Origin: Octopus sinensis
Taxonomy: Eukaryota
Direction of reading: 5' to 3'
Assembly: GCF_006345805.1 (NCBI RefSeq)
Contig: NC_042997.1
Span: 104,222,001 to 104,286,000, forward strand
DNA: 64,000 nucleotides
This document shows positions 12,455-25,365 of the stretch, one piece after another. The first letter of the stretch is position 1. Each line of letters opens with the position of its first letter. The position numbers were made by a program, and so were the translations under genes. Below the pieces are notes generated by a model, which searched no databases, was not told the origin of the DNA, and saw only the letters and a program-made list of their open reading frames with translations.

Positions 12455-12548
12455 GTGCGTGCGTGTATGTTTGTGTATCTGTGTTTGTCCCCCTAGCATG
12501 GCCGTAGTCAAATGACTGAAACAAGTAAAAGAGTAAAAGAGAGAGAGT
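12257..12548 (+). mobile_element. SINE family A with a 140-bp internal deletion
   Basis: Compared with 760-1152, the segment between two AGCAT motifs is missing. Confidence 0.9.
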
Positions 12549-12627
12549 AAACCTATGGTATATATATATATATATATAATTATCGTACCACCACCATAAC
12601 CTCCACCATCAGAAATATTTTGGCAGG

Positions 12628-12905
12628 GTACTGGCACTCCGTCGGTTACGACGACGGAAGTCCAGTTGATCCGATTAACGAAACAGCTTGCTCGTGATAT
12701 TAACGTGCAAGTAGCTGAGTACTCTACAATCGCGTGTACACTTAGTAGCAGTCAGGGAGAATCAGCGCGACACAGAATATGACAAGGCTGGCCAATTGAA
12801 ATACAGGTACTATTCATTCTTGTCAGGTGAGTGGACTGAAGCAATGTGAAGCAAAGTGTCTTGCTGAAGGACATAACGCATCGCCGGTAATTGAGCTCAC
12901 AACCA
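12628..12905 (-). mobile_element. SINE family C, head truncated
   Basis: The minus strand has B-box-like GAGCTCAATTACC followed by TGTCCTTCAGCAAGACACTTTGCTTCACATTGCTTCAGTCCACTCA. Recognised from memory as an octopus repeat. Confidence 0.65.
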
Positions 12906-13342
12906 TAGAAATTAAAATTATCTATAGATATTGACTTATGACTACCCTACGTAGTTCTTATTGCATTAAATGTTTTATAATCGTGTTAGTGTAATAAAGA
13001 ATTCTTCGCTATTCGACAACTGGAATATGAATGTCTATAGAATTGATATATATTTTGTTAAATTTAAGGTCATACTCAACCTTTGGTGAAATTTTATTTT
13101 TGTTAAAACCGGACCCTAATTTAATCCTAGTGGAATACACACAAAAATTTGTCGGGAGTAGACATGTTTTAGATAACTTGCTAGTATCCGACAAGTTTAG
13201 TCATTCCTCAAAATAGTCCATTGATATGACCATAAGGATGTAATGTGAGCCAAAACGATTAGCTACACATAATTCAAGTTTCTTTTATATGATATGTATT
13301 CCAGCAAAAAAAAACCTCTCAAGTTAATGATAGAATATGTAC

Positions 13343-14099
13343 AGACTGAGGACCTTTACCTTCTGACCGACAGATTTGAAAAATAATTTTTTGTAACAAA
13401 ACACTTTCAAACTTCGGACACTGGTAGAACGTGTCGTATAAAACATCTTTTACTCTTAGCGTTTTGAGAAAAGCTTATATTTAGGAAGTTATTTCACGTT
13501 AAAGTTGTAGTATTTCGGTAATTTTAACCAACCAATGACGTGTATTCAGGTGTATAAAATTACTGCCGTTGTTTGTCAACAACAACTATCGGCGGTGGAT
13601 TTTTCGCTTGTCACTTTTATTTATGACATCGTGCATGCGTTTGTACTAGTTTTAGCTTTAAGGTTTTAGGGTTAGGGTTAGGGTTTTAGGGTTAAGGTGT
13701 GAGGGTTATGATTTTAGTGTTAGAGCTAGGGTTAAGTCTTTAGGGTTAGGGTTTTAAGGTTAGGGTTAGGGTTTTAGGGTTAAGGTTAAGGTTTTAGGGT
13801 TAGGGTTAGGGTTGTCATAAATAACAGCGACAAACGAAATATACACCGCCGGAAGTTCTTGCTGACAAGCAACAACAGTAATTTTATTTAGCTGAATACA
13901 CGTCATTGATTAATTGAAACTACCGAAATAGGACAACTTTAACGTGAAATTACTTCGTAAATGGAAACTTTTCGCAAAAGCGCTATGGGTAAAAGATGTT
14001 TTATATGACACATTCTACCAGTGTCCGAAGTTTGAAAGTGTTTAGTTACTAAAAAGTATTTTATTAAATCTGTCGATCAAAAGGTAAAGATCCCAGACT
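13343..14099. mobile_element. Fold-back/MITE-like element with about 286-bp inverted arms around a telomere-like core
   Basis: 13343-13628 aligns end to end with the reverse complement of 13813-14099. The core is degenerate (TTAGGG)n. Confidence 0.9.
13650..13812 (+). repeat. Interstitial telomeric-like repeat (TTAGGG with TTTTAGGG and TTAAGG variants)
   Basis: Read directly from the sequence. Confidence 0.9.
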
Positions 14100-14119
14100 T
14101 AACTTGTTTAGTTTGCCAC

Positions 14120-14270
14120 TTTGCAAGGTTGAATTCAAATGCCACTGAGGTCAACATGTAATTCAGTCCTTTTGAGATTGATAAAATAAAGTACTTGTCA
14201 AGCACTAAGAAATATTCAGTTGACTATCCTTGTCCCCAAAATGTGTAACTTTGTCAGTATGGTACAAATT
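14120..14270 (+). mobile_element. SINE family B, diverged
   Basis: GAATTCAAATGCCACTGAGGTCAAC...GATTGATAAAATAAAGTAC. Confidence 0.55.
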
Positions 14271-15289
14271 TTTGTGAGACTTCTAACATATATACGCATT
14301 ATTCCTGTTTTTGTTTTAAGTTTCTCTTTGTTTACTCTTGTGGCTGTAATTTCCACCAAGTATCTGATTTCCTTAGATTTATTCATACTAATTCTTTGTT
14401 ATATATATATTTTAACACATATCTATAGCTGGCATTTTAACGCAATATAACAATTACCATTGTCAAAATATGAATTCTGAACGCTAAAATAAATAAATAC
14501 ATAAATAAAACACTCTAGTATGTCATATATTCTGTCACGAGATAACACCATCGAGGTTTTCAAAAACCATCGCTGTTCCAAGCAACACCTCTTAAGAAAG
14601 GTTACTAGCAGTTTACTAATTGTCAGCAGAGAAGCAAAGATGTAGCGTTAAACAGATTAAACAAATAACTATTATCAGGTAGGTGTGAATGAGCAAGCGT
14701 TAACTGGTCAAAACAAATGTTACTCAGTAAACAACGTTTCATATATCTGCCAAATCTTAACTAGTTCTCTACTGCGTAGTGCAATCGGCTTATTTTTTTT
14801 ATAAGTTACAGTTAAATAGAAGGGGTCGGCGTTTGTTCTTCTCAAGACCAGACTTTACTTTTTGGCTTTGATTAATTCTAATATTTCTATTAATCATTAG
14901 CGAGTAGAAAGTCTGTGAGCACATTATGTCAAAAAGAATTCCAGCAGTTTTTCTAGGAATAGATTACAATGTAGATCACTACCAAGAGGCTAGCAGTGGA
15001 ACTGGCTCTTGGTGATTCTAAATACTAAATCGATTCTGTTTTGCATGTCTTGTAAAACAAATACCACTACTAAAGACCTTCAGAGACGGAAGTGAGTCAT
15101 GCAGTGTTTGACGAAGGAAAGAATGCATAATATGGCAGTTCAACAAGTACTAATTTGTTGAACTGCTGAAACGATTACGCTTAGTAGAAAGATAGATGTG
15201 TTACTATATAACTATTGGAGAATGGCTGCCCTTATACAAATCTCAGTGACTAGCTGATATGTTCTGCCTATTATATCCTTTCTACAATA

Positions 15290-15470
15290 GTCACAAGTCT
15301 GAAAATTTTGGTGCCCGGGGCAAGTTGATAACCTCAATCTCAATGCTCAGTTGAGGTTTTTTTCATCGATCTCCAATGAATGAAGGGCAAATTTGACCGC
15401 GCGGAGTTTGAACTCAGAATGTTAAGCGCCGGAAGAAATGCCGCTTAGCATTTTATCTGCTATTGTCTGA
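15290..15470 (-). mobile_element. SINE family B, diverged
   Basis: ATGAATGAAGGGCAAATTTGACC...GAGTTTGAACTCAGAATG...AAATGCCGCTTAGCATTT. Confidence 0.6.
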
Positions 15471-16324
15471 GCATGATCGCTGCCTTTGTCCTGCATATAA
15501 TATCCTTTATTTTATAGGCACAAAGGCTTGAGATTTTGTTGGAAAGGGCTACACACTAAAAGAATTATACTCTTGTTATACTGTAGTTAAATATTAATAT
15601 GGTTTCGATGGACATTTGATCAATTTGGGTTAAGCCAAACTGTTCGGCAGGATTGACCAAACTATCTATCAGCTGTCCTAAAAACAAATGTTAGGGTCAC
15701 CTTTTCAAAATTAGAATAGTTTCATTTGGTTGAGATTCGAAGTAAACATTTTGTAATTCGTATTGTAAAGAGTATCCCTTAAAATATTTCGTATGTTCTT
15801 GTTCTCGACTTTTTACTCCTCAAATTAATTATGTTGAAGGACCATTGATGCATTAGAAAGTTGTACTGAAAGTTCAAGCGAAGGCGATGAAGCTAGCGAT
15901 TTCTCGATTACTTCTCCGGTGTAATATCGCCTATATGATACTTCCGTGTAACTATGCAGTAATTACCTCAAAAAATATCTCAGAAACAAGTAATGACGTC
16001 TTGTTTGGTTCTTGGAGAAAAGAACGAGCTCATGTTGTGGGAAAGTCTACATATTACATTAGAAACCTCTACTTCGAACGTTATCCCAAAATATTACAGC
16101 TGATGTTTATTGTAGAGTCATGATCGCATAAGGGCTAAGGGCAAAAATGTGTTTTTGTGTTGAAGAATATTGCGTATTGTATAAAGGATATTTAGATTTT
16201 AATTCTACAGTTCTGATGGCCATATCAAGTTTCTTTAATTGTTATTTATTTGATTACTTTATGGTTTGTGATAGATATGTTCTGATATTGTAGATATTTA
16301 AGAAGTCTTTCAGGTTGTGAGTTA

Positions 16325-16550
16325 TCTTTTATCTTTTACTTGTTACAGTCATTATACAAACACAGGTGCAGCAGACACACACATATATATGTACAGCAGG
16401 CTTCTTTCAATTTCCGTCTTCCAAATACACTCTAAAAGCTTTGGTCGGCTCTGGATTATAGTAGAAGACACTTGCCAAAAGTGCACGTAATAAAACTGAA
16501 TCCAGAGCTATGTGGTTGGAAAACAATCATCTTACCATACAGCCACCTCT
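16325..16550 (-). mobile_element. SINE family A, most of the 3-prime body deleted
   Basis: Tail CTTTTACTTGTTACAGTCATT and head CTTACCATACAGCCAC, both as reverse complement. Confidence 0.75.
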
Positions 16551-17114
16551 GAAGAATTTTGCTGAATCTTAAGATGACATTTTTTCTTTAACGTTTTCAT
16601 TCGAACAAATTTTATAGGTAGAATGTTGCGTTGGAACGGACGTGATTGATAGGCTGAAAGTCACTTCATAAACACACAAGTGCAATCAGTTTGTGATTAA
16701 GGACCAGCTAAAAAGAAAGTGTGAAGATCGCTGTCATTCCTGCAGGGAATCGGTATAAGCAGAAGAAGGGATTCCAATATGAGCTACAATTTGTGTTAAC
16801 GGCATCGGAGAAATGGTATAAAACATTGAAACATGCGGATCTGAACTTAAAATTTAAATTCAGGAACTTAAGTGGTCCATTATGATGTTGTTCCTGTCCC
16901 GTTATTGATTTTCAACTAATCACAATAACAACAATAAACATGAACTGAGATTAAGAAATATGAAATATATTACGTAACGAAACAAAAGGTGGACTCAATA
17001 AGCAAGGGACAGAAAGAGAAGAGAGAGAAGAAAGAAACAAAAAAAAAGAGAAAGAAAAATAATAAAATAACAGGCAGAAAGGGAGAAATAAAGAAAGAAG
17101 GAGGAATGGAATGA

Positions 17115-17146
<32 letters not shown>

Positions 17147-17889
17147 AAATCAGCAAGAAAAGCAGAAAGGCAGACAGACAGAAAGAAAGAATCAAATAAA
17201 CGAAGATAGAAAGGGAAAGAAAAAAGAAAGAGAAAGAGAAAGAAAGGAAAAGGAAGAAAAAGCTTATAAAAGAAAGAAATATTTAAAGTGAGAAAGGGTG
17301 AAAAAAAGCATGGGGAAGAACTAAATTAGAATAAGGTTGTACACTCAGATCAGTCATTTTGTTCCCATTTCCTCATGTTCCAGTTGTCTTCCTCCTTAAT
17401 TCCCAACGGGAAGTTTATTACTATTATTAGTGGGGAGAGGGGTGACCAAAATGTTCTGTTCCCCTGAAGACATCTTAGATGGTGTGTTATTGTCCAGCGA
17501 TCTTCTAAATACTCTCTCGAACAGCAGTCAGTTAACACGTCTTGTCTCCAGCCACAGAACTGAAAACCAGTTGTTGGAGATCACAATGACAAAGTCCTCT
17601 TCCTTCTACGCTATACTAGGGCGTTATCAAAAGCTTTGTAACAGAATAGCTGTTTCTTTACTGCAGTTCTCACTTCATTCTTGTGTCTGTCAGTTTGTTT
17701 AAGAGATTAGCTGTCAATTAGATTCAGTCTTTGACGAACCATATCCATATTTCTCAACTATACACGATTACTGTCCAAATTATTCATTGGACTATCGAAA
17801 TACTTGCTACATAATTAATTAATGCTTCTACTAATTAGACATGTCTTAGATGTCAGTTTAACAGCTGTCGACACAAACAACCACACATA

Positions 17890-18113
<224 letters not shown>

Positions 18114-18139
18114 TTAAAATAGCATAGATTATTTTTTTC

Positions 18140-18311
18140 GTTTTACTTGTTTCGAGCATGTGACTGCAGACATGCTGGAGCACACCCTTTAGTCGAAGAA
18201 GTCGACCCCATAATTTATTCTATGTAAGCCTAGTACTTATTCTATCGGAGTGTTTTGCCAAACGGCTAAGTTACGGGGACGTAAACACAGCAAAATCAGT
18301 TGTCAAGCGAA
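18140..18311 (-). mobile_element. SINE family A, 3-prime half
   Basis: TAAGCCTAGTACTTATTCTATCGG...GCTAAGTTACGGGGACGTAAACAC. Confidence 0.8.
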
Positions 18312-18358
18312 GTGTACATTTAAACACAAAAGAGGTATCCATCATAGAACTACCAAGA

Positions 18359-18403
<45 letters not shown>

Positions 18404-18739
18404 AATGTAAAATATACACTAATAAGTATCTTTAAGTGCGATGATAGCATCATTAGAGCATTTTAGCTCTTATTTCTAGCAATATAGGTGTTTCTAACCC
18501 CTTAGTCACATGTAGTGACAATTTTAATTCTCCTCATACACACACACGCACACACACACGCACATACACACACACACACACACATATATATATGTGTGTG
18601 TGTGTGTATGTATGTATATATATGTATGTATGTATGTATTAAACTACAAGTCAGGATAAACCTCAGAGGGATAGAAATATCGCTTGAATATTTTATAATA
18701 TAGGAACACCACACGCATATATTACTATTATGAAAACCA

Positions 18740-19161
18740 CAAGAGAAGATGGAAATAAGATTAATACAAATTTATTTATTAATACGTTGACAAGACCTAA
18801 AATTCTTTCAGTTCATCGCTTATAGTATAAAATCAATCAAATTAAATTAAATCAATTTGGTTATTTATTATAAGCCAGAATATCATCAGAAAGAACGTAC
18901 AAAGAAATTTATACATATCATATTGAAAACATAATGAAAACATTAAATAATCAAATAGGAAAAATGCAGTGTACCATTAAGATTAATATGTAATGTAAAA
19001 ATATATACAGTTATAAAAATAGTTATTGTCATAAATTAAGATAAAAAACAATAATGTTACTGCAGACATACCCATGCGAAAATACGATAACTTAATTAAT
19101 TTAGTAAATTAACTATACTTAGTTTTATATCCCTGTGTATGTATGTATGTATGTATGTATG

Positions 19162-19242
<81 letters not shown>

Positions 19243-19559
19243 TTAATCATTTTATAACTACGTATTTTTATATTATGTATTAATTTTAATGGTGCACTAT
19301 ATTTTTCTGCTTTGATTATTTAATGTTTTCCAGTTTGTTTATCTAATGTTTCCATTGTGTTTTCATTATGATATATATATAAATTTCCTTCCTCGTTCTT
19401 CCCTGATGATATTCTAGCTTATAATAATTAGCCAAACGGATTTAAAGAAATTAAATTTGATTGACTTCATACTATAAGCAATGAACTGAAACAATCGTAG
19501 GTCTTGCAAATGTATTGCTAAATAAATTTTTATTCATATTATCTCTATCTTCTATCTTG
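18740..19559. repeat. Inverted pair of an about 300-bp AT-rich repeat, each copy with a hammerhead-like core, around a TATG/TA microsatellite
   Basis: 18740-19025 aligns with the reverse complement of 19241-19559, with substitutions and indels. Confidence 0.8.
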
Positions 19560-19561
19560 TT

Positions 19562-19600
<39 letters not shown>

Positions 19601-20094
19601 GTATGTGTGTATGTTGTGTGTGCGTGTGTGTGTATTTATATATGTATATATATTTATATAAAGATATATATATATGAATATATATAATATATATATATAT
19701 ATGTATATGTTTTTTATATATATATATATATATTGTATGTATCTTTATATTTATATGGGGAAGATAGTTCTAGATAGAAGTCATGCTAAGATGCATATGC
19801 ATCAAGGTATTCTTCAACCCTCTACGTTCTACCAGCCTACATACTGAAACCGACAGGGAAGCGAATGAATGTATGCGTGAATATGCCCTTACTTGGGACT
19901 TTAACATTTCAAACATATCTGGTGTGAGAGCTTTCCTATAATTGCGGGGATAATCTCAAATGAACAATTTTCGCTTAACTATTCTATATATGACACCCTA
20001 TCTTATTTTTTATCTCGTACTCCGAACGCTATCTGCAGATATTTTCCGTTGCCCATGTGTTTTATATTCCTTATTACCTCACTACATTCTCATG

Positions 20095-20145
<51 letters not shown>

Positions 20146-20339
20146 TGAGAGGGATAGTGCACAGGGCATATGAATTTAACATTAATTCACTGAGTATTCA
20201 TTGAAACAGCTGTAAAGGATGAATTTTCGATTTGTTGTTACTAATAAACAATTAACTTCCCAATTTCCCTTCTCTTCTTTTATATGAATATATAATATAT
20301 GGTTATATAAATATAACGGACTATCCCGTCGCTAGACGG

Positions 20340-20604
20340 CATATGAGGGATCGACAATATCTTACCACACAGAGGATTTGCTTACAGTGATCAAATGTTC
20401 ATGTAGACATAAGCTCAGTCCCTCCATCCAATCACCATTTCCTGTACAGGTACAACTGCGTGCCACATGACAGATGTCGAAATGATCGCAGAGCAACTTG
20501 AAATGAAGTGCTTTGCTCAAGTACACAACGCCCGGTCTGGGAATCGAACCCACGATCTCGCAATTGTGAGTGCAACATCCAAACTACTAAGCCATGCACC
20601 TTCA
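20340..20604 (-). mobile_element. SINE family E (tRNA head)
   Basis: Minus strand TGGCTTAGTAGTT (A box) and GGTTCGATTCC (B box), then GTGTACTTGAGCAAAGCACTT. Confidence 0.8.
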
Positions 20605-20617
20605 CACACACACACAC

Positions 20618-20648
<31 letters not shown>

Positions 20649-21049
20649 AGTGTATTTATATATACATATATATATATAAATAGATAGATAGGTAAACAGT
20701 CAGATAGATAGATAGGGGTTGGTAGGTAGGTAGGTAGGTAGGTAGGTAAGTAGGTAGGTAGAATGAACAATGAAAAGGAGAGTACAGCAGTGGAGCGCAG
20801 TTTAACAAGTACAGTAATAGCTTAACGCTTTGAAGGATAGACAGTGTCATAACGTTTCACTAAAAGATAAAGAAAAGCGTAGGAGTAGTGAGAAAAAAGG
20901 ACTGTTCCATAAGAAGGGGAGAAAAAGCAGATTAAAAGAGATGGAAAGGTGGAAACCAGCTGAGATATTTCGATTAAGAAAAGGAGTTATCCCTAGAAAG
21001 TATGAAAGATGACTATCATTTCCTTCAAACTTTGCTTTTGTTACATTTA

Positions 21050-21230
21050 TTCAAACCCCAAAGAATTCCTCTCAACAGATGGCTATGATGCTCCCCCACA
21101 AGTTCTGCTCAGGATCAGCCACTAAGGGACATGCCCATGTGGTTATGGTCAAGTAATTGACACGTACATTTATGCTATTGAGCAGAATATTTGCCATAAC
21201 GATATTTCTACTTCAGCAATAGAGTGTTAA
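21050..21230. repeat. Fragment of repeat family D, inverted relative to 57200-57770
   Basis: TTATTCAAACCCCAAAGAATTCCTCTCAACAGATGGCTATGATGCTCCCC is the reverse complement of about 57430-57480. Confidence 0.75.
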
Positions 21231-24200
21231 ATCTGTCTGGAGTGTAATGGAAAGTAGGCCAGATCTTAAAAGCAACGTTTGAAGGGAATAGCTGACATTT
21301 GCTTTGATTTCTAGGTGGAATCCAATAGAAGATAGCAATTACTGAACAAAGACAAAAAATAAATATACGAAAAAGAAAAAAAACAGAACAATTTGTTAGA
21401 TAGCGTATTTAGAAGAGCACTTAGTTATGTTAGTAAATGTTTAAGTAACAATCTGAAAAGTCTCTGAAAAGCTAACACATGCAAGTCGTTTCAAATGTTC
21501 AAATTGAAAACTTAAATTCTTGTTGCTTCAACGACAGACATTTTGTTTCTTTCTTAGAAACTGGTTCCTTTTTTTTTTTTAGAAGAGCTCAAATAATTCA
21601 AAACGATAATACTATGTATTTATACAAACATACATGTTGAACATATATTTAAATGCGTAAATCCTTTTGGAAACCATACAAAATTTGTCTTTACTAACTT
21701 ACAAAAAGCATGTACTAATTTTCGGCAGAATGTTGCGACCACGCCACTAAAATATATCTATTGTGTAAGCTTTGTTGACATGCCTTAATTAAATTCTGCT
21801 TGTTTATTTAACGATATATTGGTTTGCTTTATTCCTAGCCTTTAACATGTGGACAAATGAATTTATTGTTGTTTAGTTTTTCGTCATCTCTCCTCTAACA
21901 GACATTTGATCAAAAGCATTCTAACTATGACCGTCGCTGTTTTAGTGGTAGCAAGGATTACATTATCCAATATATTGCACCCTGTTGAAGATGGTGGTTT
22001 TGTTTTGTTGTTTCCAGTTGGTCGAGTATCCACGAAGTAGCTTTGTTTCTAGCTATACAGTATACAAGGTATAAATTACAGAAGTCAATCCGTCTAAATA
22101 TTCTGTGGAAAACATTAGATTGCATCTGTTAGTGAAGCTCCAGTTTGGAAGTTCAGTAGTCCATGGATTATGGCATTATTATTTAGTCACTTTTACTCCC
22201 TGGCCCACTCTGGTTCATAGTGGCCGTGCATGTCAGGACCTCCTGGCGAGTAGCAGAAGAGAAACATGTAAATAAGGGATACGGGACTCGATGGCGGATT
22301 GATCCCGAGAAATGCATCATATATGACCACCGGTGTATTGACATGCTCTGATGATATGGAACGTGCCCTGACTCTTAAGGGTAGTCAGCTTGAGAGTCTA
22401 GCAGAGTATATCCTAAATAAACTGGTTGAAGGAGCAGGGAACCACTGCTGTATCTTTCTCATGAAAAATCATAAATCTTCAGATTTTGGCATGAAAATCC
22501 ATGATTACCGAGACCTGTAGTCATAGCACATGTAGAGAGTCAATGGGTGAGTGAGTGAATGAGTAAGTGAGTGAGGGAGTGAGAAAGTAAGTGAATGAGG
22601 GAGTGAGTGAGGGAGTGAGCGAGCGAGAGAGAGAGAAACAGATAGACAGAGAGGGAGACCTCAATATTTTTCTTAGCTGTCTGCATATCATCCACTAGCA
22701 AATCTATTGGTTATCTAAACAGCAAGTATTTGCTCCTTCAACATCCATGCCATTGAATCAGCTCTAATTCAGCAAACTATTTCATTCGCCACCTTATTAG
22801 TTGCTCTTTCAATCCACCCATCAGTTATATATCTATTTACTTGTTAGAAACCAAGCTAACGAAGGAATCCAGGCACAAATGCAATCAGCCACCAAACCAT
22901 ACATCTGCCATCCAGCAAATTATCTTGCTGGCAGCTAACCACAATGCCAAACAGCTATCTCCCTGAACATCCCATGACCTTCCCTCCCTCCATCTATCCG
23001 TCCATCCAACCATTCATTCATCCATTCATCCATTCATCTCTCCTTCCATGCTTCTTTCTATCCATCCATTCACCTGTCCTTCAGTCCGTTGCTCCAAATG
23101 AGAAACCAGTGAGAGAACAAGACAGACAACCAGCCAGCCAGTCAGTCAGCCCGCCAGCCAGCCAGCCGGACAACCAACCAGCCAGCCGGGCAACTAACCA
23201 GCCAGTCTTCAACCAACCAATTTTCTTGCTAGCAGTCAGCCTTAACTACCTTGATATTAATTAACTTTTTTGACCTCTTTCGATGATATTGACTGTCATA
23301 CATTTACGTCACGCACGCACACACACACACATACACCTACAAATATACAGACATACAAATATTCACGCACACAGAAGCAGACATAAACGCGCACACACAC
23401 ACACACGCTCTCTCTCTCTGTCTCTTCTCTCGTCCTCACTCTCTCTTTTATACGGAGGACTGCTACTAAGAGTTGTTGAGTTGTTTCCAGTTGAACGAGT
23501 CCCACTCGCACCTAAGGAGCACATTAGATATTTAGGATTCAAACTCACCAGATTAGTAAGTCCAGAGTAAGAATGTTCTAAACGTCTTATATTCATTCTA
23601 TCACTACAGATATCGTCTTTCCTTCTGTCCTTTTTCATTTTAATTACAGATTCTATCATCTTAGGTCAATGGTTTCCAAAGACAGCGCCTGGACACGGAC
23701 AGTTTTAGAAGAGCTTTATTTCTAATGTGACAGCGAAATAACATCAAGTTAAATGTTTGGAGCCTTCCAGTAAAAAAAAAAGAAAAAGAAATATAACGTA
23801 AATAAAAATAACAAAATATCAAGAACACACACACAAACACACACACACACACACACATATATATTGAAAGGCTAAATAGTGGTTGACGAAATGATGTGAT
23901 GCTCGAGGGAACTGGCTGCTATATATCAATGAGACAGAGACTTACTGACAATGCGAGAATATTTTATGTCTTCGTAGATTGGGGATTTTGCGAAAATTGG
24001 ATTATTGTTGTGATAACTTGGAAGAAAATGAAGAAAAAAGGTAGCGTTTGTTTACATTGCAGTTAACGACATTACTTGATATCTAAAGCAATAAACAAGA
24101 AATTGTAATGGAAATAGACAGAGGGTGGGTGGTTGATATATGGAAATATGAAGTGGGAAATGTGAAAATATTATAGAAAAATGGAAAGAACTGACGCGAG

Positions 24201-24932
24201 AATAAAAACCAATAAGGAAAATATTATGAAGAGAGAAAATGGTGAAATAGGTGGGGGAAAGAAATTCAATGATAGAATAACAAAGAAATTGCGGGAGAAA
24301 AATAAAAATTAAATAAGTAAAAAGTAATGAGAATAAGACGAAGAGAAAACAGGAGAGAGAAAAAAAACGTACCTATAAAGAAATATCTATTAGAATTAAA
24401 TGTAGAGTAGGTGAATATATGAAATTTACGAAAGTTATAATCAAAAAAGATATGTAGTCGAATTGAAGAAGAGCCTGAACTTTAAGTCACAAGTGTGAGA
24501 AATGGAAAAAAAAAAAAAAAAGAGCACGAGAGAGAGAGTGGGATACTTAAAAGAGATGAAGAATTAATATTTTTGAACAATAGAGAGCGAGTGAGTGAGT
24601 TTAAGCGAGAGAAATTTAAGAGGTAGAAAAGACATATAAAAACCGAAGAGGGAAAAATAATCGAAAAGAAATTGAAAGTAGTCTATTAATGGTGTTATCA
24701 CTACAAAAAAAAAAAATTAATATATAACTTCACTCTTATATACTATCTTTCATTCCTATCTGTCCGTCTATCACTATGTATGTATATATGTTTGTATGTA
24801 TGTATGTATGTTTGTATGTATGTATGTATGTATGTATGTATGCATGTATGTATGTATGTATGTATGTATGTATGTATGTATGCATGTATTTATGTATACG
24901 TACTGTATATACAATACATACATATTTGTATG

Positions 24933-24968
<36 letters not shown>

Positions 24969-25128
24969 ATGGGTGAAGAGACACCAACAAAAGCTAAGAA
25001 TAGATAAGCAACGCATTAGCGCTCGAAGCGGCCTTAACTCTTAAATTCCAACGTCCTAATCACGAGAAAGATATGCCAGCGGAAGAAGAGTTGGCTATAA
25101 GGAACGCATAGATCGATTGATTAATAAT

Positions 25129-25349
25129 GGTTTCAAATTTTAGCAAATGGCCAGCAATTTTAGCGGTGGGGTAAGTCAATAATACCGCCCCTTGTGTTAA
25201 ACTGGTGCTATTTTTTTTATCGACCCCAGTGCTAAATTGGGACTGTTTTTATCTAGCGACCACGAAATGATGAAAGCCAAAGTCGACCAGAACATAGACG
25301 GACGAAATGCTGCTAAGCATTCTGCCTGCTCGTCGTGTTTAGTCGATCG
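25129..25349 (-). mobile_element. SINE family B with a 16-bp TSD
   Basis: Flanked by TCGATTGATTAATAAT at 25113-25128 and 25350-25365. Confidence 0.75.
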
Positions 25350-25365
25350 TCGATTGATTAATAAT

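Noticed and set aside
13650-13812. True telomere or chromosome-fusion scar
   Set aside because: The array is short, degenerate, one-directional (no TTAGGG/CCCTAA inversion point) and enclosed in inverted arms.
14975-15016. ACCAAGAG/CTCTTGGT hairpin as a miRNA precursor
   Set aside because: The stem is too short.
17430-17702. 90-aa plus-strand ORF (MFCSPEDILDGVLLSS...)
   Set aside because: No recognisable domain or convincing splice sites, and a similar-length ORF exists on the opposite strand.
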